A program made the translations under genes and the position numbers. DNA of 64,000 nt from Lama guanicoe (Eukaryota), in contig MU053652.1 of assembly GCA_013239625.1 (NCBI GenBank), positions 8,630,077 through 8,694,076 of the forward strand. The letters run 5' to 3'. The notes beneath the pieces are model-generated. The model was not told the origin of the DNA. It was given only the letters and a program-made list of their open reading frames with translations, and ran no database searches. Position 1 is the first letter of the stretch; each line of letters opens with the position of its first letter. This document shows positions 35,502-48,625 of the stretch, one piece after another.

Positions 35502-38500
35502 CCTGTTTGTGAAATCAGGTCCTAAATACTGGCAAGCAAGTTTATCTGTCTGAAATGTGGTTTTTGTGTCCTTTTTTTGTTACTTCAGTAATTTTCTATA
35601 TTCTTTGTCAAGCCTCAGAGACTTGACAAGAAAAAAAGAGAAAAGTCTCAGTAGGATTTTTTCCCCCCATTATTTGCCTTTGCTAGATGTAACTTTTTGT
35701 CAGTGTGTGTTACTCCTGAGAATATATGTTTATTTCTATGTGCACATGGATGTTAAACCAAGGAGAAACTTTATTTCCTAATTTTTTGTACCTATCTTGG
35801 GCTTTATTTTGGTAAGAAAACTGTTACTTTATTTGCATGTTCTTCATGAGACAGAAACTCTCAATGAAATTTGAAAAACATAAATTATCTTTTATATGCT
35901 AGGAAGAATAAAATTTATCTTTGATATTTATAGTACAATTCACTAATTTTGAAGTCATTGTGCTGTGTTTTTTTATTCTTGGGATGAGAATTTTGCTGTA
36001 CAGAATTCTTTTACTTTTGACAAACAGTTCTGTTCAAGCAGTTAGTATATCTTATGTGATCTGCATGTGCACAGTGATAGAAATTTCAAAGAGAAAATAC
36101 TAGCATTCTTTAAGAGAATAGCAACTATTTTAATGCCTGGTTTTGCTTATAGTTGTTAAATGTTCATAATGTATAAAAAGACTTAAATGATAAAGAATTC
36201 CTATAATATTTAGTCATAGTGTATTTACTTCCCACGCATCCCACCTTACTCCAGTTTATTTTTTGCAATTAAATAAAACACTTTAAATATGTCAGATTAT
36301 TTTGGAAGTAAGTACCACAATGTATACATTATGATGACATCTTGGGATTGTGTTTGTTTGCCGGACACAAATATTTTGAGTGAGTAAATGAATGAATAAT
36401 TACAATATCTTTTGTAATGTAACTGTTTGTTAATCTGAAAAACTGGGTAGTTTATCCCAATCATGGGAATAATGAGAACTTAATCCTGAAAATTTTCATC
36501 CCATATCACTTTGACAAAATAGAAAATTACAGTTTTTAGCACAGAATTCATTATTGCAGTTTAGCAAACATAAATTTAATAAAGAGCTTTGGACTCTCCA
36601 GGGCTGACACAGGGATTTGAATTCTTGTGCAACCCTAGAGAGAGACCTATTGAGGAATTTTTGTGAGGTGCTGAGTGCTAACAATAGCGGAATTCAGAGA
36701 CAGGCAGAAGGGCAGTAGTTGAGTCTCACTGCAATGCCAAGGAAGGCTGTTTAAAGGGGGAAGGGCATTCATCTAAGGCCAGGGAGAATTGAGACACTGC
36801 GAAAAACTAGGCAGGTGGCCAGGTAGGGGTGATGCCTTGTTTGGTACACACAGGCTTTTTTATACCCATCCGTGGAGAGGTATTTTGACTTGATTAATCC
36901 CAAGAGCTGCTCTTTGACAAAGGCTGCGGCTACTGGAAGACTTGGCAGGAACACTGTTTTGAGTGACTTTTTGAGTTAACCCTGGGAGAGTATAGAGTCC
37001 TTTCCTGAGGGTCCACAGATCTCATTGAAGACACAGGACACTGAGGACCCCATGAGAGCCACTCCTGGTAGGATTTCCTAAGCTAGAATAAGCCGCCATT
37101 CTCAGACTGGCCACTGTTGATGTCTCTGCCACGCAGGGCTGGGAGCTTATAGGGTAGAGTGACTTCCGCTGGTTGCCCGAGAGAATCACGGGAGCAGTGG
37201 AAATGAATGCATCTGGCAGTGCTGACTGTCCCCAGTCCCGGGGATCTAGGGGAATGACAGTTCTGTGTACTCTTAGCAAATTCGTGTGGGGTACATATTC
37301 GTGATAGACCCAGCACTTGAGGAATTTGTTGCTTGCCCTTCACAATGACACTGACATTCTTTCTGTCCTTCCTCTGCACCCTCATTGTTTTCTCCTCTCC
37401 TTTCTTTCCCTTCTTACCCTCCCCTTTGCTCATCTTGGTCAACCTTAGACCTCACGTACCCCCATGTGTAGGAAATCAGCATGTACGTACTTTTATGTCA
37501 GATGTCTCTTGTTCATGTGGACATCAAACCTTTAACGCAGTGCGCTTGTTGTCTTGATTTGAGAATTTCCAAGGGATGTTCTTTAAAGGATGGTGAGTCT
37601 CTGGAGAAGGGGGAGGAAAAGTCGGTGAACTGGGAACCGTCACTGCTGAGTGCCTGTCACGGAGCAGGCAGAGCAGATGAAGGTCTTTTCCATAGCTGTT
37701 TGATATGTCAGAACAAAACAGCAGGTTTAATCCCTGTCTTTAGAATGCTGTGAACAGATCAATAAACCCCTTTTACTCTGGGTTTAACAACTAGGACCTG
37801 GAAATAGCACTGCTATGTCAAATGTTAGGTATTATTTATTATAGTAGATTTTTACCTACTCTGTGGGCTACACCATTTTCTCTTGTACCTAGTGATGCAA
37901 ATGTAATGGGACATGGGACTAAAATGTGAATTATTTTTGCCCCTAATATCAGTGTCAGAATGAGTTTCTCTTGCATTTCTCCTTTGTATCTACTTTTGTG
38001 TTCTCTGGTCATTGATTCCCTGGGCTCACCTTAATAAGTAGGGGTTTGATACTCCTTATAAAAATTAAGCTTTTTTTTCCTTATTACTGGGATAAATTGG
38101 GTTTAATATTTACTGTGAAAATGACTTTAAAGCACTTGACCACTGACTGGGTGGTGCTCGAGGAAAATTTATCTATATAGTTACCTGTGTTATAATACAC
38201 ACTGCACTACTCATAGCATCCCTGCCTCTTGCTATGGAATGACTATAGTGCAGTTATCCTATAGAGACGTGATGGCTACAGTGTTTACAATAATGTATTT
38301 CAAAGGATTTAGTGAGCCAGGGATCTGGCATTTCTGATGGTATTTCAGCTCAGTGTGCAGTTAAACTGTTTTCTCCTTCTACAAAACTCAGTGGTTTTTG
38401 AAGCAGCAGGCAGGAATCCGATGGGAGAAAGGATCCGAGGTTGAAGAAGTATTGAAGTAAAAGAGGAAGCCTTTGCTCACACCTTGATACCGTGAAGGAG

Positions 38501-39342
38501 TCAGTTTAATAACTCCCTATTCCCGCTCCGTCATTTCCTGTGAGCCCTGTGTTTTGTATTTTAGAATTTGTTTATTTGGTCTTGTATTTTGTCTTTTTTT
38601 TTTCTCATGGTCAGTGCTTAGTAATGAAAAATAAGGATTTGGGGTTATTATAGTTACCAGTACAGAAATATCTTAAAATACATACCTGGTTTTCTAAACT
38701 GCAAGAACTTTTTGGGGAGAGGAAGTGGGGGGTGATATACCTTAGAGAGAGGCTGTCCCGAGGCACAGATGTTAGTTGTTCCATCACAATTTCTCCATAA
38801 AACTTCCCCTTTTCCATAGCTACCCTGCAGCTCAAAGCACCTCCCTCCACAAAGATGCTGTCATCTTTGTCAGACCTCCAAGGTTCTTCGAAGATTTCAG
38901 CAGCCAATAGGAATGTTCCTCCTCACTGTTGATGACCAGGGTACCCCTCATGTGGCAACTTCCCTGCATCTGTAACCATTGTCGCCACACATCAAATTCT
39001 GTCCTTTTTGAAAACTTCCCAACTTTCAGCATCTTTTTTCAGAATTCCCTTTCAGGATTCCTTCGACCTCATTACCACCACTTGCTCTTGGTTCTCATCC
39101 CAGGCAGAGTTTCCCTTGACCATCCATCCCAGCCCATTTCATCTCTTCCAGCCTCAGCCTGGAACCAGTTGTAAGCAATTTTAGTTTTACTCCACAAGTG
39201 TGACTGAGTTCCTTGTCTTCCAGATTTCTTCCTACAGTACCATTTGCCTTCCTTGAGTCATCTCTATTCATTTCTACCAGCTCTTTACTTCTCTGTAAAA
39301 GTCCTTTATTAATCGCAACTCCTTTTTATATTCGCCACAGAG

Positions 39343-39485
39343 CAGTATGTCTCAGCCTTGATTGCACATCAGAATCACCTGGAGAGCACTGACAATGCCC
39401 AGGCTGCACCCAGGACCTCTGAGCTGCCACCCAGGCGCCTGAGACCCAGGTGATTCCGATGTGCAGATGAGATTGAGAGCCACTG
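39343..39485. mobile_element. MER5-family hAT MITE (similar fragments at ~640-720, ~1700-1820 and ~59610-59785)
   Basis: cagtatgtctcagccttgattgcacatcagaatcacctggagag...caggtgattccgatgtgcagatgagattgagagccactg. Confidence 0.75.
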
Positions 39486-42400
39486 CCATAGGCTGTTCCA
39501 AGAGCCTGTACCAGGTTCTCAGTTTCATCCTCTGATTCCTTCAGGTTGACTTGTTTTTACTTTCCTGAAAATATTTAGGTAGAAATCTAAATATCAAATT
39601 ATAAAGGGTTGAATTTCATGAAGAGGAAGTGATAAAGGCTTCTGGGAGTATGAGGGAGTGAATTTCAACTGGCAAAGCAAGGAACACTTAAATAAGGAAA
39701 TAATATTTACAGTGGAACTAATGGTTTGGGAAGAAGGGCATTCTCATGGAGGAAACAGTGTGAACAGCAGTGCTTTTTTTAAAAAGAAGTTTTGAATATT
39801 ATGTAGAATTTGGTTAAGTAATTTGAAAGTGAAGACAGGGAATTTTGGAGGCGGTTGCAATAATCCAGGAATTGATAAGGTAAAAATATGAACAGGAACA
39901 GTGGTAGGTGACTTGGGTGAGATGAACAGAAGAAGGTAGGTCATGTCCAGGATAATGTTCTTTGATTTCATTTGCTGATAAGAATTTTCTACTTCATTTC
40001 TTACTGACCGGAGTAATACCGATTTCAAAGCTTGCCTCTCTACATGTAACCTTCATCTTCCATTTAGCAACGCACGGTTGATACAGAAAAGGAAGGTATG
40101 GGCCAGGAGGAGTTGAGGAAGAGTGAAGAGTCAAGGATGACCCCTTGGTTTCTGGCTTGGGCCAATAGGAGGTGATGATGTCATTCAGTGAAGTAGAACA
40201 CACATGAAGCAAGTTTAGGGTGGAACGGGGAGTTCAGATTTTTAGTATGCTGAATTTGAGGAGCCCAAAGAACTCCCAAAGAGGTGATGTTTGTTACACA
40301 GCTGAAAATATAGGTCTCTACTGATTAAATGAAGTGAATGTAGCAATATAGCAAAAGGCATGGCACATGGTAAGTACTTAATTGTGACTTATCAACAAGG
40401 CAGTTCACCCACCATTTACTTTGATAATCATGGTAATTTACTATTATGTGAAATTTAATGTTGCTATTTTGGACCCCCTGGTTCTGTAGTGTCCCCATTT
40501 ACAAAACTGTATGATTTTTTTTTATTCTCTCAAAAATACTTGGCAGCCTGAGTGAAGCTGGCAGTTGTGAGAGGAATGACAAGGGTGGTGGTGACAGTAA
40601 GAACGACAGGATGCCAGGGTGCCGTTGTATGCACTTAACAGCTGGATGCCCACTTAATCTGAACAGTAACCCTGAAGTAGGCATTAACGGTGCTCCCATT
40701 CTTTAGCTGAGGAAACCGAGACCCAGGGAGGCCGAGTAACTTGCCCAAAGTTAAACACCCAGTATGTGCCAGAGCCTGTGTGTGAGCTCGGTCTGGTTCC
40801 GGTGATCTTAGCCACTACATGAGAGGTAGCTTGAACAGCTGGTTTTTCAGTAAAGGAGAAAGCATTAAGATGAGTGGAAAAGGAAAAGCAAGCTCCGGGA
40901 ATGGACACTTCCTTTTCGGAAATGCTGATGCTGAAGTTGGTAGTTCCCTCCTGTAACAACTGCAGTCAGAGAAGTTTTTTGTAGCCTTCTCTTCCCCGGA
41001 TTGTCTCTGCTGTTACGGGAGTTAGAAGTAGGTGAGAGGATGACAGCTACAGGGAGCGTTGCCACCTGGAAACAGAACTTTCCAGTAGTTGGTCCTGCCT
41101 GTAGACAGGTTATTATCGCTTTCGAAATCAGAGACTTTCTCCTCCCTAAGAAGTTTGTTGGGGCCCGGATGTCATTTTGATGATGGTGGTGATAGTAGTG
41201 GGGGAATTGAAGCTGTGGAAGGGTGATTGGATTTGTACCTTTGAAGTCTTGCACAATTCTGAAAATCACATTCTGGAATTAAAAAACATCATTGTTATTC
41301 CATGCATAGTTGCCATCTGGTGGAAAAACAAATAAGTACAAGGTAAAACTACAGAATTCATTCCACACATATTTACTGGGAGCCGTTACGTGCCAGGGAA
41401 ATGTAGTTCAAGAGATTTCAGGTTCGTTTTTCTTTGACTTAATAGAGTGTTTGCTTTTAAGATTGATTTACTTTCCGGAAATTTTCTTTTCTCATTTTGG
41501 AACTTTGTCTGCTTGTAGGCTCCTGGCTTTTCAAGAGTAAATGACTTGTAATCCTAAAGCCTCATGCTTTATAAACCTTGCATCTGAAAGGGCAGTAGCT
41601 CTTCTGGTCTGCTGATAGTGTTGTGGAAAAATCGAATGATTTGGTGTCTAGAAAGAAATGTGCCTTCTGAGCACCTCACAGCCTTTCTGTGTCAACGTTA
41701 GACATCACCCATCTTCTCAAAGAAGAGTTTCCTGAGATAATATATCTGCAGCAACGGACCAGTATTATTTTCCAGTACATTGTGGATTACTTTGTAAAAC
41801 ACAAAATCATGCATTTGACTTGTCCTAAATGCATAACAGAAATAATTTGGGTTGATGCAGGGATGGATAGATAGGTGAAAGAAAAACTTGAGTAAAATAT
41901 TATTTTATAGAATCTAGGTAGGAGGTACGTATCAGAATAAAAGACATTGGTTGCTGTCGGTTTTAACTTATGATTTCTTCACGTTTGATAAAGGAACAGG
42001 ATTGGTTAAATCAGGGATTTTCAAACCATTTTCAGTTTTTCTGTATGTTTGGACATTTTCATAAGAAAATGTTGTTGTTACATCATGTTTTTGGATGTCA
42101 AGGCAATGTCACATCAGGTTTCTAAAAACTTACCCTCTTGTGAACTTCTTGGGGGACCGGGAACAATTCAGGTGCTGACATTGGTCCGCAGATCGCATTG
42201 CTTAAACGCTTATTTTACTGTATTTCATACAGTACTCAAAAAACTGTATTGAAAACAGTAATATTCCTATTTCTCCAGCAAGGAAACTGACCCAGAACAG
42301 TTCGGTCTCTCAGCTTGTGTCACACCTTGAACTCAAGACTCAGGTCTGATTTCCTTCCGATTTCTGGTACACGATTTCCTAGCTGAGAGGAGGCTGGTGC

Positions 42401-45400
42401 CGTGGACGTGGGGGTGAAGGAACAGGATTACACCACTGAAGCTGGAACATTGTAAGGCTGGACACAGCACATTTTCTCCCATACAATAAAAATAGGTGAT
42501 TTTAAGGATTTACTGAGCACTGATATTATGAGACTGCCAAAGTCATATACTACATTTTAAAAACTTATTTTCCGTAATGAGGGCATACCCTCTACCCCCC
42601 CCCAAAAAAAAACCCCAACTCTTCATAGAATAGGCAGAACAAGGCAGCCCAATGCAGGAACTTCCAGAATTTTCTATAATTTTCTGTCATACCAGGAAAC
42701 ATGGAATGAAAATAGAGGGAGGTTGAGAGGATGGATTGTAAGGGGATGATATTGTCTTTCATTTTAATATATACATATAGAAATTTACAAATCTACATTT
42801 ACTGTGTCCTGGTTCCCTTTTCCACTGTGAACATGGTCTTTGTTCCCCTTGGAGTCTCAGTCTCAGTGTTATGCAGGTTGGAAGCCCAGCTAGTGCTCAG
42901 CGACCTTGCTTCTGTTTCTATATGTGCTCAGAGTGAGTGGCTTGGTAAGTTCTTCAGTTTGGGGCTCTGCAGTTACAGGGTTAAGGAGAATTTGCCGTTG
43001 GCTTAGGGAGAGTTAAGCTAATCATTGAGTTGGAAAGTACCCTTAAAGGAAGACTAACGAATCTGCTGTGAGCTGATGTTAGAAGAAAAAAAGCTTTGTA
43101 AACATTTTGTAATATTGATGGGAATAGAATGAGTATTTTTCCCCCAAAAAAATAGTTTTATACTTTTCAAATCACATTTATGTTCATCCTCTCAATTCCT
43201 ACCGTAGACAATGTGAGAAGCCTTTGATAGTTTAGCGAGTTTAGATTTGCTCTCGGGGCTTTAGATTTGATATAACGGATTCAGATGTTATAAGGAAGAG
43301 TCTTTTGAGAACACCTTACTGAATAAAGGTCTAGATGTATTACTTATATTTTTTTAAAAGAGTGCTATCAATTTTAAGTTATGATTTAACATTTGATAAA
43401 GGAATGGAATTGGTTAAATCAGTGGTTTCTAAACCTTTGGAATTCATGGATCAGTGAAAAAGGCATCAAGATCAAATATAACCTTTTATTTTTTGCCAAG
43501 AAAGAGCATTAAGCATTACAACAACAACAACAAAACCTTATCCACAAGTTACTATTAACATTGTATTACAAAGAAGTAACTTGTGCCTACAATTTGTACT
43601 ATTAAAATATGGAATAAACTTAGCTTTATTGAAATTACTTTGTAATCTTCATGTTCATGTCTTTACATTGAATCAGTGAAAGCTTCATCCCACACTGGTC
43701 CAAACACCACCTTTTGAATTTAATCACTTTCTGAAATCCATTACTACTACGAAGACCTCGTGATTTTCTTTAAAACTTGAATATTGGATGATACTGGACC
43801 CTACAAAGGCTTGAAAGGTGCAACTCTAATGGAGTTGATAGTCTGCTCAGGGGAGAGGTAGAGACCTGTACAGAATTTGCTCCGACGTGAGGACAGGTGT
43901 GTTTCGTACCTTCAGAGAGGCTGGAGGTGCTCAGAAGGCACAGAATGAAGACCTGGCATAAGCTGTGGGAAGCGTCACAAAGGAGAGAATAACAGGAGTG
44001 CATTCTACTTCCTCGTTCTCTTCGACCTCCCCACTCCCAGCTCTCTCCAACTCGGGTTAATGGGCCATAAATTGATCAATCATCACATTTGATTGCATGG
44101 TCAGGGCATAAATTTTCACTCTGCTACAGTCTGGCTGTGTGACCTTGGGCAAGTGTCTTTACCTCTCTATGCTTTTTACCTTTAAAATAGATGCTAACAC
44201 CTACTTTATGTATTTGTGAGGATTTATATATAAGCCTCTGGAAAACATTTTAGCTGTTTCCAAAATACAGCTTTATCATGTGACTCCCTGACTTAAATGT
44301 TGGATGGCATTCCATGCTCTTGGGGTAAAGACCAGACACCTTTCCAGGGCTTACAAAGCCTGCCCCTTCTCGCCAATCTCTTCTCATACCTCTAGAGCCT
44401 CATTCCCTTCACTGAAGCCCTCTGAGACCATCTGTGTCCCTCCCTCTCCACTGTCCCTTGGTTCCCCCTCATATCCCAACTAATTCCTCTGGGTCTCCAT
44501 ACCTCATCTCCTCAGGGAAACCTTTGTGCCTTCCTCAAATAGATTCATAACCTTGGTACAAACTCATGGTGCCAGAGATGCTCAGCAGTATTGATCAAGC
44601 CGCAGTCATTTTAGTTTGTGTAGTTATTTGTTTCTTCTACCATGATTTCTGTGAGGGCAGCAACCCCATGTCATTTTGCTCACTAGTAAATTCCCGGCAC
44701 TGAGCACACTGCCCAGCACGTGGTATGTTTTGATAAATATTTATGGAATAAACGGATGAGGTATGGGGGAGGAAACTTATGGAGAGTGTCAAAGGCTAAA
44801 CAAATGTTTCCCTTTATTGGCACAGAAAATATGTTCTCAGGAGCAGTGGAAGAGAAGGCTGGGAAAGGCAGGTTGAGGGAGACTTGGATGAAAAGACTGG
44901 CACAATATGGTGCCCACAGGGAATCCACTGACTGGCTCTGGGCATGAGAAATGACCTGATAAGAAATACTGCTGTTTGTACCAGGAAACGAGGAATTATT
45001 GGGTAGCTAGTAAGACTAAATTCATCGTTGTTACAAAAAACTTGATCATGAATTTTTAACACCGAAAAACAGTTTAAAAAACTGTCTGTTTCTCTACGGA
45101 CAGCATAGATTAAGAGAATTATCAGACAACATTTTATTTGGCATTACTAAGGAGAAGAAAACATCTCGTGTAAGTGGGGCTCTTGTACTTTCTCAGCTTT
45201 TTCCTGGCTGAACACACATTGGCAGTCTTCCCAGGAGCTATCTCACGGACAGCCACAATGATTTGGCAAGCAGATAATGTTTTTCTCATCATCGTACAAT
45301 CCTTCTGAATCGAAGAAGCAGTGCATGTTTCAGATCAAAAGCAATATGTGCACAATAAGTACTCTTTTGGAAAAGTGTATTTGAAGTTTTATTTGGACAG

Positions 45401-45455
45401 CTGAGCAGACTTACCCTTTGCAGATACAGCTTCTTGTTGTAGTCACCACATTTCA

Positions 45456-45539
45456 ATTTTGTCATTAGTTCACCATGACTTTGCTGTGATTTCCATGATT
45501 TTGTCATTAGTTCACCATGACTTTGCTATGATCACCATG
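45456..45539 (+). repeat. 42-bp tandem duplication (2 copies)
   Basis: attttgtcattagttcaccatgactttgctgtgatttccatg / attttgtcattagttcaccatgactttgctatgatcaccatg, with 3 mismatches. Confidence 0.9.
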
Positions 45540-48324
45540 ATTTCTTTGGCCTGTAAGCTGAGCAGGTGAATGGGAAGGGTGGCAGCTGTTGGTTCTCCAA
45601 GGACCCATGTACAAGTTACAGCCCACTGAATGTGGAGAAATGTAGCACGTGTCATATGTTAGTTTTCTGATGTCAGATTCCTAACAGGTCCCCTGTCGTA
45701 CTGAATTGGTTGGATGCTCCGTGGCATTTCCACAGGAAGGTCACTGATTGGCAGTTCCATGGGAGTTGGCCAGCCCCCAACAGAATATATGGCTCTGGGG
45801 GTGAACCCTTGGTAGAAGTGGGGTGCAGTAGGGTAAAGGAGTGGGAAAGAAAAATGAGTAAAGGAATGTTGCTTTGGGATTCTAACGGCCAAGATTGTCT
45901 CTGTTCTCCCAATAACTTTGTGATCTTGGGTTTGTCACTTAAATTCTTAGCCTAATCCCCTAATCTGTAAAAGAGACTGATAATGGAGAAGGCACAGGGT
46001 GATGATGAGGACAAAAGGAGATGATATTTGAAGAGCTCTGGTGAGACAGCGTATCTGCTCATCAGTGAGCGAGTTAATATACTAAGCTCCTGTGGCTGCT
46101 CCTGCGCCAACATGGTGCCCTGTTGTACGTTTGCCAGATATAATCTCATTGAAGATCCTGGACCCCGCACGCTAGGCTTGGAGATAAGTGCCTAGGACCA
46201 GCCTCTGCACGTGGCCACACTTGACCTGCCTTTAACTTGATAACTATTGTGAAAGGATACAGTATTAAGGTAGTTGATACCTAAGGAGACTAAATCCATC
46301 ACTGTTACCATTTCATAACTGATAACACCTGAAAATTAAAAACTCTCATTTCTGTAAGAACAGGACAGATGGAGAATTAGACAATATTTTTCAGACAACA
46401 TACATCTTAATTTCCTAACAAAACTAGTTCTCTGTGACATAACTCATTGTGCTTTCTTCTTCCCCCTTCGCCCTGAGATGTCTTTCCTTCTTCCATTCAT
46501 ACAGACAAGGTCCACATCTTACACTTCTTTCTTCTGTAAACATGTAACTGAAAATCAGTAAACCTTACTGGTTAATTATTTAAATTATGCAAGTGAATGG
46601 ATGGGGGAATTAAATTATTAGTTTAACCTTCAAACTAGTTATTCCCTCCTCATTCTCTCCTTCAGTGAATATTTTCCAAGCGTTTGCTATGTGTTTGGCT
46701 TACTCTACTAGGTACCACAGATACAGCAGTGAATGAAAAAGTCTTTGGCTTCGTGGAACTCACTGTCTAGTGAGTTAAAAAATAAGGTGGTAATAGAATT
46801 TGCAATGAACGATTACAATTACAAGGTGACCTTAAAGGAAAAGAAGAGGTTCTAGGATTGCGTACAAACAATGCAGGATATGGCTGGTTCATGGTGACTG
46901 GGGGAGGAATCACTGAGGGTCGGCTGAGTAGGGATCAGAAGAGCTACTCAGATCATTTGATGACGGCGAGGAGGACAGTGTGAAGTTTTTGAAAGGCCGG
47001 TGGAGGTAGAGCATGGAGATTGAGTGAGAGAGAGGTTTGTTATGAAGCCAGAGAGGTAGGTAGTTTGGGGTTGTAGAACCTCAGAGGCCTTGCTGATGAT
47101 TTTGCTGGGAAGTCAATGAAGAACTTTTAAGCTGGAAGAATTTAAATGACCACTTGAAAAAAAAAGATTAACTTGATACCAATGAGAGGATATGTTGGGG
47201 AAAAATGAAAGTCAGGAAGATGTCTAAGGCAGGAAGACCAGTTCAGAGGCTGTTACCCTTCGCCAGGTGAGTCACAGCGAGAGGCACAGAGAACTTTGGT
47301 GGGGACGGGAAGAGGGAGGTTCGAGGTTGAGTGGGTAGGATCAGCAGGATTTAGTGACAAGCTGTATGTTGGGAAATAGACATGGAGTTGATGGAGAAGC
47401 TGAAAAGAGTTTCCAGGTCTCTCCTGGAGGGAGAGAGGCATCTGATACTCACTGAAGTGGGCAGGCAGGCAGGAGGCCCAGCAAAGAAGGGGAAAAGTCG
47501 TGAATCCATTTGAAATTTAAGTTTAGAGTGTCAGTGGGACATATCAGGAGAGCCATTGGGTGGTTATTGGAGATCCAAGTGTGTAGCTTAAGTGAGATTT
47601 GGCGGGTTTGGCAGGTGAATAATGGATCACACTTTGTGATGGTGTTGGGCTTGGGAGTGTGTGCAAAGTGGCAGGCCCAGGCCCAACCACTGGTGGATGG
47701 GGTGGACTCCTAAAGAGGACCCAGGGAGGAAGCACAGCCTTCTTATGATGGCAGGCTTTCCTTTCCTTTCTCCTCCCCATCGAGGGCCGGGAGAACTGTT
47801 TCTCATTCCTGCTTCCAGGTCATTGCTCTTCCTCCCTCGTGCAGAATCTCCTTTGCTTTCTAGAGCACATTCCTATCAACTATTACCACTTCTTACACTT
47901 CCAGCTTTTCAGTGTTTATCCATCCCCTGGTACCTCTCCCACAGACCTCTGTGTCTTAGGAAACCTGTGATCTAGGTGCCCAGCTAATTGTCTTCTTCAG
48001 CCTTGAGAATTCAGTGTCTGTAGAGAGTCATCACTTTTTCCAACAAATCTTTATTGAGCTCGTACTTTGGGGCAGGCTCTGGATTAGGCCCTGGGTTCAC
48101 TGAAAAACAAAACAAACTGTCTGCTGTGTTGATGCTTATCTTATATTCCGGGGTGACTTAAAATAAATGCATATCTTATGGTGCTGTGTGCTAAAAAGAA
48201 AAATAGAGCGAGATAGACGGGTATGGTGACGAATGGAGGGAGGGGCCGGGCTTCCTCTGGGGAAATGAACGTACTGACACTCATGTGAGGCATGAGAGTG
48301 AACCGTGCAGATATCTGAATATAT

Positions 48325-48625
48325 CATCTATTGCTGTGTAACAAGTTATCCCAAAACATAGCAGCTTAAAACAACAAATCCATGTTACCTCACACCTTCT
48401 CAGGATTAGGCATCTGGGAGAAGCTTAGCTGGACGTGCTTGCCTAGGGTCTCTCCTGAAGTTGCAGTTGAACGTGAAGAATTTGCTTTCCAGCCCCTCCC
48501 GTCATTCCGGGAGGACCGCAGACAGACCTCAGTTCCTTGAGGGCTGTTGGACTGAGGACCTCGGTTCCTGGCCCCACAGTGACTTGCTTCCCCCCAGGCG
48601 AGTGATGGGAGAGAGCAGGGCAGTA
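48325..48625 (-). mobile_element. MLT1-type LTR fragment
   Basis: ctattgctgtgtaacaagttatcccaaaacatagcagcttaaaacaacaa...ctcacaccttctcaggattaggcatctgggagaagcttagctgg. Confidence 0.65.
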
